From Hyaloraphidium curvatum SAG 235-1 (taxonomy: Eukaryota; Fungi; Monoblepharomycota), in NCBI GenBank assembly GCA_025558095.1, contig JAIVFI010000040.1, forward strand, positions 248,001 through 312,000: DNA of 64,000 nt, in the 5' to 3' direction. Positions 22,283-33,041 of this stretch are shown piece by piece; the first letter of the stretch is position 1, and the number at the start of each line of letters is the position of its first letter. Position numbers and translations under genes: made by a program. Below the pieces are notes generated by a model. It was not told the DNA's origin. It saw only the letters and a list, made by a program, of their open reading frames with translations, and did no database searches.

Positions 22283-22892
22283 GGCGGGCGATGTCTGTTC
22301 CCAGCGAGCGGGGCGCGGCGGGGGAGATGCGGCGTGGGAGGCGGGTCGGCGTTCGGCCCGGGGCGGCGGCGGCAGGCGGTGAGGGGACCGGCGGGGGACG
22401 CCGCGGGACCGCGATGGAGACGTACAAAGTTCGAAGATAGGATGCCGAAGACTCAAGAACGACCAGCGACGCGGCAGTCGGGGAGTGAAGAGAAGCAAGG
22501 GATGTCCGGCCGCACGTTTACCCGCGCGCGTTTCGTTCTTCTCGGGCTCTGCCCGAAACCGAACCCAATCCACGCTGCATCCCATCTGGATCAGCGCTTT
22601 GCCGACCAGCAGAGGCTCTTTGCGAACTTTTCAGAATCCACAGGCGGCTTTGAAACTCCATCCACAGGCCTAGAGCCGGGCAAAGTGTGTAGGCTGTCAA
22701 TCGCAGCAGACGGTCCTCGAACGCTACAGATAATACTTGTCGGAGGTATTCACATCATTTGCATTTGTTTTCTTAGCCGGAAAGCCGGCTGTTCGTCCTC
22801 GATCGCGGGTACGGCGCGGGCACGGCGGTGATTGTCGCACGCCGGAACTTCCGTTGTCTCCCACATCATTCCGTCGGACCGCAATCACAATA

Positions 22893-23542
22893 ATGGCGTC
22901 AAAGCCTACGCGTCTCGACATGACAAAGCTTCCGTCGTGGGGCAAGCGCTTTCCCCCCGCCGATGGAGATCGCGGAACGCCGGAACAGCGTGAAGCGCTA
23001 GACAAGATGTTCTCGGTCGGCCGGAGGAATACCATCTTTGGGCCCACGTCGGCGCTGCTCCGGTCGCCGCAGATGATGCTGCGGGCACAGGCATTCTCGG
23101 ATTTCGTGTCAGGGTTCGGCGACCCGAGTAGCAAGGTCCCTGCCAACCTCCGCGAGATTGTCGTCCTCATGACGGGCGTGTTGTGGTTCGATCATTCGCG
23201 ATCTTCGGTTTGCAGCTCTGACATGACACGTGTCGTAACAGGGAGGCCGAATTCGAGGTCTACGCTCATGAGGTGATGGGGCGAGCGGCCGGCTTGTCTG
23301 AGGACACGATCGAGGCATTGCTGGCGGGCAAAAGGCCGCCAAAAATGGATGCCACCGAGACGGCGGTGTGGACTTTCTTCCGTGAACTGCTGTACGACCA
23401 CCGAGTCTCGGACGAGACTGTCGCCGCTGCACGCAAGGCGCTCGGGGGGGACAAGGAGATCATGGAGCTCGTTGGGCTGTCGAGCTACTACACGCTGGTG
23501 AGCTTCTCGCTCAACATCGACGAGATGCCGCTTCCAGGTTAG
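22893..23542 (+). CDS. Carboxymuconolactone decarboxylase/AhpD-like family protein
   Basis: GPTSALLRSP, LREIVVLMTG..W, intron 23186-23241, EAEFEVYAH..AAGLS, ELVGLSSYYTLV. Confidence 0.85.
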
Positions 23543-23811
23543 TTTCGCGTGGGTGCTTCTCGGATGGGCCGTTCACGGTGCCTCCTCTGCCATAAGCGGG
23601 CGCGCAGCAGCGCTTCAAGAAGGACAAGAGCAAACTCTGAGCCCGTCAAACGCAGACCCTTGTAAATTTCCATCCGATTGAAGCACTACCTCCTCCAATA
23701 ATGATGCCGATCTACGTCGTGATACGCGACGCGCGATCGGCGCTCCAAACGGAGCAACACCATACGCCCGGATTATCTCCCACGACCCCCGTCCGCGGGA
23801 AGATCGACTGA

Positions 23812-25166
23812 ATGTCGAGCAAACCATCTCCGCGTGTATCCGTCCGAATCGATTTTGGCCCCGAATCGGCTTCCGGCCGCGATGCACCTGTTGCGGACGC
23901 GGCAACGGAGGACCTGACAAACCCCGTCTGCATTCGCGACTTCGAGCTCTGGGCGTCGCGAAACACGCCGTACGCGACATGGGCGTACTGGTCGGCCGTA
24001 GCCCTGGACGGGGTGACTTATCGCCTGAATCTTTCGGCCTTTGACGCTCTGCGGATCCTGCCCCGAGTAATGCGCGATGTTTCCCGGATCGACACTCGGA
24101 CGCGGCCCATATTCGGGCGCTACGTCTTTTCGAATCCGATTGGGATCAGCCCTACTTCGGAGATGAAGCTCGCCCACGAGGATGGAGAGCGAGGAGCAGC
24201 GCGGGCGGCGGCCAGAAGGGGTGTGCCTCAAATCATGAGCACTATGACAACGATGGGCTTCGAAGAAGTAGCAGGAGGCGCCCGAGAGGTGCTTGGAGAC
24301 TTTCGCGGCTCTCACGGAGAGGTTCCAACGTGCTGGTTCCAGCTTTATCTCGGCAAGGACTGGGAAGACACCGCGCGCTTGATCAAGGGGGCAGAAGAGG
24401 CCGGCTACGCCGCTGTTGTCGTGACGGTCGACTTTCCGAAGTGGGGTCGCCGGCTCCACGCCCTCCGCGAACCCTTTGTTATGCCCGAAGGTATGACGCA
24501 CGCCCTCAAGGCTGCACCGGCAAAGGTGCTCCCTGGGCGCGCGACGGATGACGATTCGCTAGCCGCGTCGAAGGAGGTTTCGCTGCTAGAGACAATGACA
24601 TGGGAGCGGGACATACCTATGCTGAGGAAGATCACGAAACTGCCCATCGTGCTGAAGGGGATAATGCATCCGGCGGATGCAGTCAAAGCAATGGAAGTCG
24701 GTGTCGAGGGCATCGTCGTCTCCAATCGTGAGTCTATGCTGTCTCGCGTGCCATGTTCGCTGCTCACCGACTATCTCCAGATGGTGCACGACAGCTTGAC
24801 ACGGTCCCGGCAACGATCGAAGCCCTCCCCCACATCGTCCATGCCCTCCGAACTCGAGTAAAGTCTTCGGGACTCCTTCAACCCCACGTCTTTCTCGATG
24901 GCGGCATCCGGCGCGGTACGGACGTGTTCAAGGCACTCGCTTTTGGTGCCGAGCTCGTTTTTCTTGGGCGGCCGTCGCTGTGGTCTCTGCGGTGGGGCGG
25001 AGAAGCGGGAGTTTCCAAGATGCTCGAGCTTCTGGACGAGGAGCTGAGGAACGCGATGGCCTTGGCTGGGCTGGCCCGTCTGGAGGAAGTGGACGAGATG
25101 TGCGTGGTGTGGGAGCATGAAATCCGGGCCCGACCCGGCCGAGGACCATTGAGTCCGGGATTGTGA
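23812..25166 (+). CDS. FMN-dependent alpha-hydroxy acid oxidase (glycolate oxidase/HAO family)
   Basis: LRILPRVMRDVS, WFQLY, VTVD, PIVLKG, SNHGARQLD (across intron 24728-24780), DGGIRRGTDVFKALA. Confidence 0.93.
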
Positions 25167-25348
25167 GTTGTGGAAGAAGTAAACTGCTGGTTGCTTGTGT
25201 TGGTGTGGAACGATGACTGTCCCAGCGTTGAAAAGCCTGGTTCTGGTTTCTAGACTCTGATTCTCTGAAAAAGCCTTGGCATCGACTCTGCAAAAACCTT
25301 GGTATCGAATCGCTGCTCCAGATTCCAAACCACATTTGTATTGCTTCA

Positions 25349-26648
25349 TTACAGCTTCCCCTTCTGGTTCTTGGGCCCGCGCAACTCCACCAGGAAAGGC
25401 TGTTTTGCGACGTCAGATCAATCGACGGGCAGACAACGCGTCCTAACCGACCTCGAACTCCTCCAGGTTCTTGACGGGCACGTCCGGCCAGTTCTTGCCC
25501 GTCGGGTCGTTGGTGTTGACGTGCCGATACCAAGGCCAAATCTGAGGCATCCCGTACTCTCCACCGTTGGAACCGTTGCCGACCTTGGTGACATTGCCCA
25601 CGAACTTGGGATCGCGCTTCTCCAAGAAGCTCGCGACGCCCTCCTTGCTGTCCGGACCCGTTCCCACGTGCCACAGGGCAGCAGAATCCAGGAGGTGCTG
25701 CCCATCCGCCGAACCCGCGTCGTGCCACACAAGATCCTTCGTCAGTGCGATCGAGACGGGCGAGCAGTGGGTGGCGATCATCCGCGCGAGCTCCTTGGCA
25801 GCAGGGAGGACCTGCTCGGGGGTGTCGACGAGGGTGTGGAACAGGCCGTCGAAGAGGCGGTGGGAGGCAGGGAGGACTGCCAAGAGGGAACGTGTTGAGT
25901 GAAGTCGAAGATGGAAAGAACAGTTGTTGGAGCCCACCCTCGCCGGTCAAGAAGAGGGACAGAGTCCGCGACTTGCCGATCAGCTGCGGCAAGTAGTAGG
26001 AGCTGCAGGCATCCGGAACAATACCTGATCCCGTTTCATGTCGTCAGTTTGGCCCGAAGCAGTCCACTGACGCCCCAACCTCTCCTCGCGAACACGAAAC
26101 CGATCTTGGCATCCTTCCACGCCACTCTTATGTCGCACGGGAGGGTAACTGTTATTCCAGCGCCCACTGCTGGCCCGTTGATCGCCGCAATGACTGGCTT
26201 GGTGAAGTGGGAGATGGCGACGACGCCGCGGCCCGTTCCGTCCCGGTGCGCGTGCTGCGTCACGGCCGAGTAATCAAAGGCCTTGGCACCCGCAGTATGA
26301 AACGAGGCTCCAGCAGCAAAAGCTCGGCCACGACCAGTGAGAATGACGGCTTTGACGCGGTCGTCGCGCTCGAGCATCCAGAAGGCCTTGATGTACTCGA
26401 GAGTCTGGAGCTTCGTCACGGCGTCTGGAGCGGCGTACGGTCCCCAAACAGACCCAAAAAACATAATGAGCATGATCCAGGCGAAGCGGGAGAGGAACCG
26501 GGACGATTCAGAGCCGGGAGACGGAGGGAGACGCTGGAGCCAACGCACTCAGTCTCTCCGGCCTGTCGAACCAGATAATGGCAATCGACCCGTCGAGCTC
26601 GATGCTAATGTCTCTGAAGTCTTCCGCAGCATAGTCAAAGTCGGGCAT
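25349..26648 (-). CDS. Enoyl-CoA hydratase/isomerase paralog 2, spliced C-terminus -KGKL
   Basis: FDRPERLNAV, LTGRGRAFAAGA, AAINGPAVGAG, FVFARRG, EGVASFLEKR. Terminal intron 25400-25451 yields PFLVELRGPKNQKGKL*. Confidence 0.85.
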
Positions 26649-26836
26649 TTTGGGCTCAGGAAGGCGCAAGGAGGCGAGGAACTCGGCAATGTTTACGCGG
26701 CCGCCGACGCTGCGCGCCCCCAGCCAGACCGGGCCCCCAAGGCTAACCTCTTCGGATCACTTCCACCTAATCATCACGTCGAGACTTTGTGTGCTCACGA
26801 CCGTACCGCGACTTCTTTGCACCGTACAAGAACAGC

Positions 26837-28066
26837 CTAAAGCTTCGCGACAGAACCACTCATCCGCTTGATGGAAGCCACCGCATCCCGCATCATGTTC
26901 TCTACGATGGCCTTTGCCGGCAGGACGTCGCTTATGTTGCCTGCAGCTTGCCCTAATGCGCCCCATCAGAAGTCAACGAAAGAGCCCGGAGGGCGATCAG
27001 AACCGCTTACCCATGATGAGCGGCATCGTCTCGATCATCTGCTCCGGCGTCGGCTCCTTGCCCGTCTTTTTCAGCTCGTCCATGGTGTACATGTGGGGGA
27101 CGTGGCCTTGCCCGGTGAGGCGAGCGATGTCGCCGGCCCGCTTGGATTCCCCTGAAGAGGGCGAGAGTCAGCGGCTGCACCCAAGACATGGAGACACACC
27201 CACAGTTGTCGACGTAGGGCGTCCTGAGCACGCGCATCGGCCGCCCGCTGTAGATCAGCGTCCGCACCGTGTCCCCGTGCTCCGCCTTGATGATGGCCTC
27301 CTGGAAGCGCTTCGACACCGAAGCCTCCTTGCTGTTCACAAACCGCGTGCCGACCCAGACCCCCGACGCCCCCAGGGCCAGGGCCATGGCGAGCCCGCGC
27401 CCGTCCGCGATGCCACCGGCGCCGACCACGACGACGTCCTTGCCCGTCAGGGGCGACTTGGTGCCGCGGCACAGGTCGACGACCTTGGGGATGAGGACGC
27501 TCGTGGAGATGTCGCCTGCAGGTCCGCTTCAGCTTTCCGATCTCGTTGACGCCGGAAAAAAACGCACCGGTGTGACCGCCGGCTTCGGAGCCCTGCGCGC
27601 AGATGAGGTCCACGCCGACGGAAAGCGCCTTGGGGACGTGTTTGGGCGCGCCGATCATGTTCATGACGGGGATGCCGGCCTTGTGGAGCTTCTCGACCGC
27701 CCATTGCGGCGGGATGCCGACGGCAGACACGAACAGCCTGCACTTCTCCTCGATCATGATGTCGATGAGCTCGCCGAGCTTGCCCTGCGTGTAGTCCTTG
27801 TTGGTCTTGCGCGCGTTGCCGCCGACCTGGGGGAGCAGGAGGTCGACGCCCCACGGGGCGTTTTTGTCTTCCAGATACGACTTGAGCTCTTTTATGTTGC
27901 GGCGGAGCATGTCCGGAGCGAACGAGACGCCGCCGATGACTCCAATGCCCCCGGCGTTGGTCACCGCGGCAGCGAGCTCGGGGCCCGCCACGTTGCCCAT
28001 GCCGGCGAGCATGATGGGCACCTTGATGCCGAACAGGTCGGTCAGGGGCGTCCTGATGGTCTCCAT
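26837..28066 (-). CDS. Nitronate monooxygenase family, paralog 2, C-terminus -AKL
   Basis: Same motifs as paralog 1 (QGSEAGGHTG, GAGGIADGRG, VWVGTRF); three introns. Confidence 0.9.
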
Positions 28067-28652
28067 GACGAGAGCTGGTCGTGCCGGTGCGGGATTTCCC
28101 GGTCGGGGAGACAGTGAGACCGGCGGGTCTCCTAGTGCAGGACGGACCCGAGCGCACCGGTGATCTTCAAGAGAGGAAAATCCGAGTACGGAGACTGTGC
28201 CAGAAGGCGCTAAACGCGGGCAACGAGCTAACGGAGTCGGAGTGGTCCGGCGCCAATGTCGAGCCGCGCACTTGCCACCGAGGCAAGGACCAGTGGGCCG
28301 AGTCATCTTTCCGTCGATTGAGCTGCAAATCATCCGAATGAAGCATCAAGATCGATCCAAGCAAAGTGTTGGAGAGCAGTTAGATGGGATTCTTGCCGCT
28401 TTTTATTACCCCTGTCTTCTAGTCTTGTTGGACGAGAGCGATCCGGCCTTCCGATAGAGCCACAGCGCAGCTAGTGCCATCCGGTCAAGCGTGTGGAAAA
28501 TCACTTGTTCGAATGAAGCCAGTCCATTGATCTAAAGGATGACTCCATGTCGTCTGGCGTCTCGATGGAAGTGGGGTTCAACCAGGGACTCAGGGTCTGT
28601 CACCGACTGCCGCCCGCTAGGGGACGCCGCTATCCTCGCCAGCATCCCACCC

Positions 28653-30121
28653 ATGGCGCCGCCGACCGCCGGCCTGCGGCTGTGGCTCGATGCGGCGGAC
28701 GCCGCGACGCTGACCGTCGCCGACGGCAAAGTGACGCAGTGGAAGGACAAGTCGCCGGACGGGCGGGCTGCGATGCCGCGCGGCCCCGGCGCCGCGGCGG
28801 TCGCGGCGGGCGCGCTCGGCGGGCTGCCGGTCGTGCGGCTCGCCGGCGGCACCGCGTTCGACGTGCCCGAGATCAGGCCGGCCGCCGGCCCGGCGGCCGT
28901 CTTTGCCGTCGTCCAGCGCCTGCCCGAGCAGGCGTCCGACGCGCAGTGGCAGCGCGTCCTGTCGGTGCCGGGCCCGGAGTCCGACACCAAGGCCCCCGGC
29001 TTCTGCATGACCGGCGACGCCAAGGGAACCGGCAAGGAGTTCGCCGCGACGATCATGTCGACTTCGAATCAGTCCGTGGTCCTGGCAGCCCTCGCAATCG
29101 GCGGCCAGCGTAAAGGCAACGGCCAGTTCCTCAAGGGCGACATCGCCGAAGTTCTCATCTACGATCGCACGTTCCTGACGTGGGACGAGAGTCATCAGGT
29201 GATCGAGTACCTGAGCACCAAGTGGGGCATCGCTCTCGGGGCGGAGGACCGCAACTGGACCCGTGCCGGGCCCCTCGGCGATCTGCCCCAGCGCACTTCA
29301 GACGTGCTGCCGCTTTCGGACCAGGCCAATGCCGGCGGCTGGGTGCGCTACGACGCGATGTGGGACGAGTTCGACGGCCCGGCGCTCGATGCGGCGAAAT
29401 GGCGGCCCTCCTTACCGTGGTGGCAAGGTCGTCCGCCGGCCTGGTTCGATCCCAAGAACGTGGCCGTGCAAGAGAGCTGCCTGACGCTCACCATGAAAAA
29501 GGACAACCCGCCCGAGATGCCCAAGGACGGCGGGTACAAGGACTACACGAGCGCCATCGTCTCGAGCCTGACCTCGGTCTTGTATGGCTACTTCGAGGTC
29601 CGCGCCAAGCCCATGCGCTCCGCAGGATCGAGCTCGTTCTGGTGGGTGCCCGGCGCTCCGAAATTGCGTCCGTAGCACCCCCTAATGTTCGGCTCAGGTT
29701 CCAGTGCGCGCCCGAAGATAAGCCCAAGGATTTCAAGGAGATGGTCTGCGGCAACGAGATCGACGTCTACGAGATGGGCGGCGGCGCCCCCGGCTACGAG
29801 CAAAAGTACAACATGAACGCCCACGCCACCCGCCCCAAGGGCGGCGGCACCTGCGAGAGCTTCGGCTGCGGCGGGTGTTGGGTCGCGCCGTTCAAGCTCG
29901 CGGACGACTTCCACGTCTACGCGCTCGAGTGGGACGACAAGTGGATGACGTACTACGTCGACGGGGTGGTGGTGCGCAAGGCAGAGAACCAGTGCTGGCA
30001 CTTCCCGCAGCGCATGATCTTTGACAGCGAGACCATGCCGACCTGGCTCGGGATGCCGAAGGACGAGGACCTGCCGTCGACCTACTACGTGGACTACGTC
30101 CGCGCCTGGAAGAAGCCTTGA
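28653..30121 (+). CDS. GH16 glycoside hydrolase with N-terminal ConA/LamG-like module
   Basis: LRLWLDAAD..QWKDKS..GDIAEVLIY..YLSTKWG module; WDEFDG, YGYFEVRAK, catalytic EIDVYE, FHVYALEW, YYVDYVRAW; one intron 29642-29697. Confidence 0.9.
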
Positions 30122-30230
30122 TGGAGAGGAGAGGGCGACGAAATAGCGGGATAGACGCGAAACTGCACTTCTTCGTAACAATCACTACAGACCTTTACCT
30201 TGCACGAGACCCATGCATCCCAGGAGATGA

Positions 30231-30410
30231 TCACTCGCTGACGTCCCCAGCCTCCATCGCAGCCGCGGGCCTGTAGGCGCTCACGGCCTTGATGACCAGC
30301 ACGCACACCCCCGTCGTCGCCATCAGCGCGGCATTGACGGCATGCCCCGTTTTGTAAAACGGTCCGTCCGACGCGAGGTACACCTGCCCGCCCCGGACGT
30401 ACTGCCCGCC
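30231..30410 (-). pseudogene. C-terminal remnant of an MFS (ACS/Dal5-like) transporter
   Basis: GGQVYLASDGPFYKTGHAVNAALM plus a hydrophobic helix resembles the TM11-12 region of fungal ACS-family MFS; no upstream exons found. Confidence 0.5.
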
Positions 30411-30527
30411 CCGGACGCTTCGAAAAGCTTTCAAAGGCATGCGATGGTTCAAAGGTTCTTCCCATTACTTTTCGGGCGGGAGGGTGCGTGGTGCGCGCTC
30501 GTGCTACGCAAACCGGCCGCCTCCCCT

Positions 30528-32829
30528 TCACCTCCTCCTGTGCATCCGCGCAAAGTAAAGCCCGACGAGCGACCTGCAAACCGAACGCGTCAACCACGGC
30601 GACGCGAGAGATGTGGCAACACTGTACCCACAGCAAAGTCGTGCACGCCAACAACCCCCCCAATGCCGCGTATGCTTGACCCACCGAGGCGCCCTCGAGA
30701 TCAAACAGCGCGCTCAAGTACGAATACGCGGAGTCGTCCCCGTACACGCAGTACTCGGCCACGGCGAGGTCGCCACCGCCGGGTGCCAGGGCGGCAAAGA
30801 TCGCCGAGGAGCCTTCGCGCATGGGGAGGAGGGAAAGGGCGGCGGGGAGGGAAAAGTTGGCCGGGTTGGGGACAAGCCCCGTCGGGAGGGCGTCGGTGAG
30901 GGAGGAGAGGGAAGCCACGACGGAAGCGGGAGTATTGCTTGAACTTGCCAGCTCCGCGCGGGCATTCGAAACGCGTGAGACGAGGGTAGCGCGGTCCCAG
31001 AACGCATTCGCGGCGTCGGGGTTGGCGAACGGAGCACTGAGTGCGTTGAGAGTCCCATTGGCAATCGCCGCGGCCATCCCCTGAATTCCGACCGGTGGGC
31101 ATATGTAGCGACCCACGTACGGCACGGCGGCCAGAAGGTAAATTTGGTGGCCCCATCTTTCGAAGTTCACGTTCCGCACCCAAGAGGCGATTGGGAGGGC
31201 ATAGTAGTAATTCGAGCTCAGCGTCTGGGTTGCGGTGAACACCATGCTGAAGAACATGGTGATTTGAAAAGCCTGGAAGGCGTTAGAGGACCATGCGGCA
31301 GTAGCCTGGACCAGCGAGGTCGCGCAGAGGATGCACAGCAGAATCATGGGGTAGATGGTCCCGTAGAATCCCGGGGTGATGCCAGTCAGGATGAGCGTGA
31401 AGAAGATTCCCAAGGATGCGGTGGCAAGGACCAGTATGCACTCGACGAGGAAGTAGCTAGCCCAGTAGGCGAAGGTGCTGTAGCATCCGACCTCCACTTC
31501 CTGGAGGAAGACCTCCCTGTCGCCAATGAACTGGGGAATGGCGCTTGCGGCGAGGAAGAGGACGAGGTTGAGGTTGATTGAAACGGCTGCAGCCTGGTTG
31601 GTGATGCCAAACAGGTCGTTGCCGCTGTCCCGGTAGAAGACGCCGAAGATCACAGAGATAGCCATGAAGATGATCGTGCGGCCCCACGACGTCGCCGGGT
31701 TCCTCCAGTAGCGGAGTAGGCATCGGTCGCCCAGAAGCCTCAGTTGTCCAAAGAAGCCTTGGCCCGTCGGCGGTGCACGTTCAGAGTTGTCGGTTAGCTC
31801 CGCGAGGCTTTTGTTGAGCTTGGCGATGGTGCCCATCGTAGACGCAGCCAAAGGCGAGGCCCGATAAAGCTCTGCCCAGGTTGCGGGATCGGCCAAGACG
31901 GCATCGAGGAACGCTTCCACGGGGTTGGGCTGCTTCGCGGCGTTGAGGCCGAGAGCTGCAAAGTAGCTCTCCATGGAGCCCGAGGGCCCAAAGTAGCACG
32001 TGCGGCCGCCGCCGAGGAGGAGGCACTGGTCGAACAGGGCAAGGATGCGCGGGCCGGGTTGGTGCACGACACAGATGACGCAGACGCCCTCGGCGCGTGC
32101 GCACTCGAGAACCTGCTCCATCAGCAGCAAAGCCAGGTGTGCGTCCAGGCCAGACGTCGGCTCGTCCAAGATAAGTGTTTTGGGCCGGCCGATGAGCTCG
32201 ATGGCGACCTCGACGCGCTTGCGCTCGCCCGTGGAGACGCCCCTCGCGACCTCGTCGCCCAGCCGCGTGTCCCTTGCCTGCCCAAGGTGCAGCGCGGCAA
32301 TAACCTCATCGACACGGGCCGAGCGCTCCGCGGCGGTGCACGATCGGGGCATCCGGCACGCCGCTGCGAATTCCAGCGTTTCGCGCACGGTCATGGAGGG
32401 TATGCAGGCCATGCGGGCGTCGACGATGCCGAAGTGGGTGCGCAAGGCGCGGGAGGACGGAAGACCGTTGACACGAACGTCGCCGGTCCAGGCGCCGCGG
32501 GCCTTTCGGCCGGCGAGGATATCGATGAGCGTGGTCTTGCCGGCGCCCGACGGCCCGATGACTGCCAGGGCGCGGCCCGGTAGCGCGAACGCGGAGCAGC
32601 CGAGCAGCGCATCGGTCTGCGTGCGCTTTTCGAACCAGCCGCCCGACGACACGCGGCAGGAGAGCGATTCCCAAGTCAGAGTGAAGCCGCGGGGACCTTC
32701 CGGAGGGGCTGCAGGAGGGGCTGCTCGCTCGCTCTTCGCCGCGAGCGGAATGTCCTCCATTACTGCATTAGCGTCGGCATTCCCAATGTCCGCCGACGCC
32801 GTGCTGGCTGCCCGAGTGGAGCCTTCCAT
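30528..32829 (-). CDS. Half-size ABCG (white-like) transporter A
   Basis: GPSGAGKTT, VSTGERKRV, LILDEPTSGLD, VVHQP, then TMD. A terminal intron gives ..LSLVGLYFARMHRRR*. Confidence 0.9.
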
Positions 32830-33041
32830 GGGGAATGACGTCGTGGGGCCAGCGGGGAATGTGGCGAAGCGCGGAACCTTCGATTTCGCCCCCACTCGCA
32901 GCCGACGTCGGTCGCGGGATTCCGCGTTGCTTTGAGCTAGGAGACCATTCCGGAGCTGTGAAGCGCGGGACAGGAGGCACGCCCGCCCCGTGCGGCGGTC
33001 GGGAAGGGAACCTGCCTCTCCGCGGACCTTCGGACGAAATC

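Noticed and set aside
30094-30527. C-terminal extension of the 933-aa ABCG ORF
   Set aside because: A GTGGGT..CAG intron gives a proper last TM and a stop at 30528.
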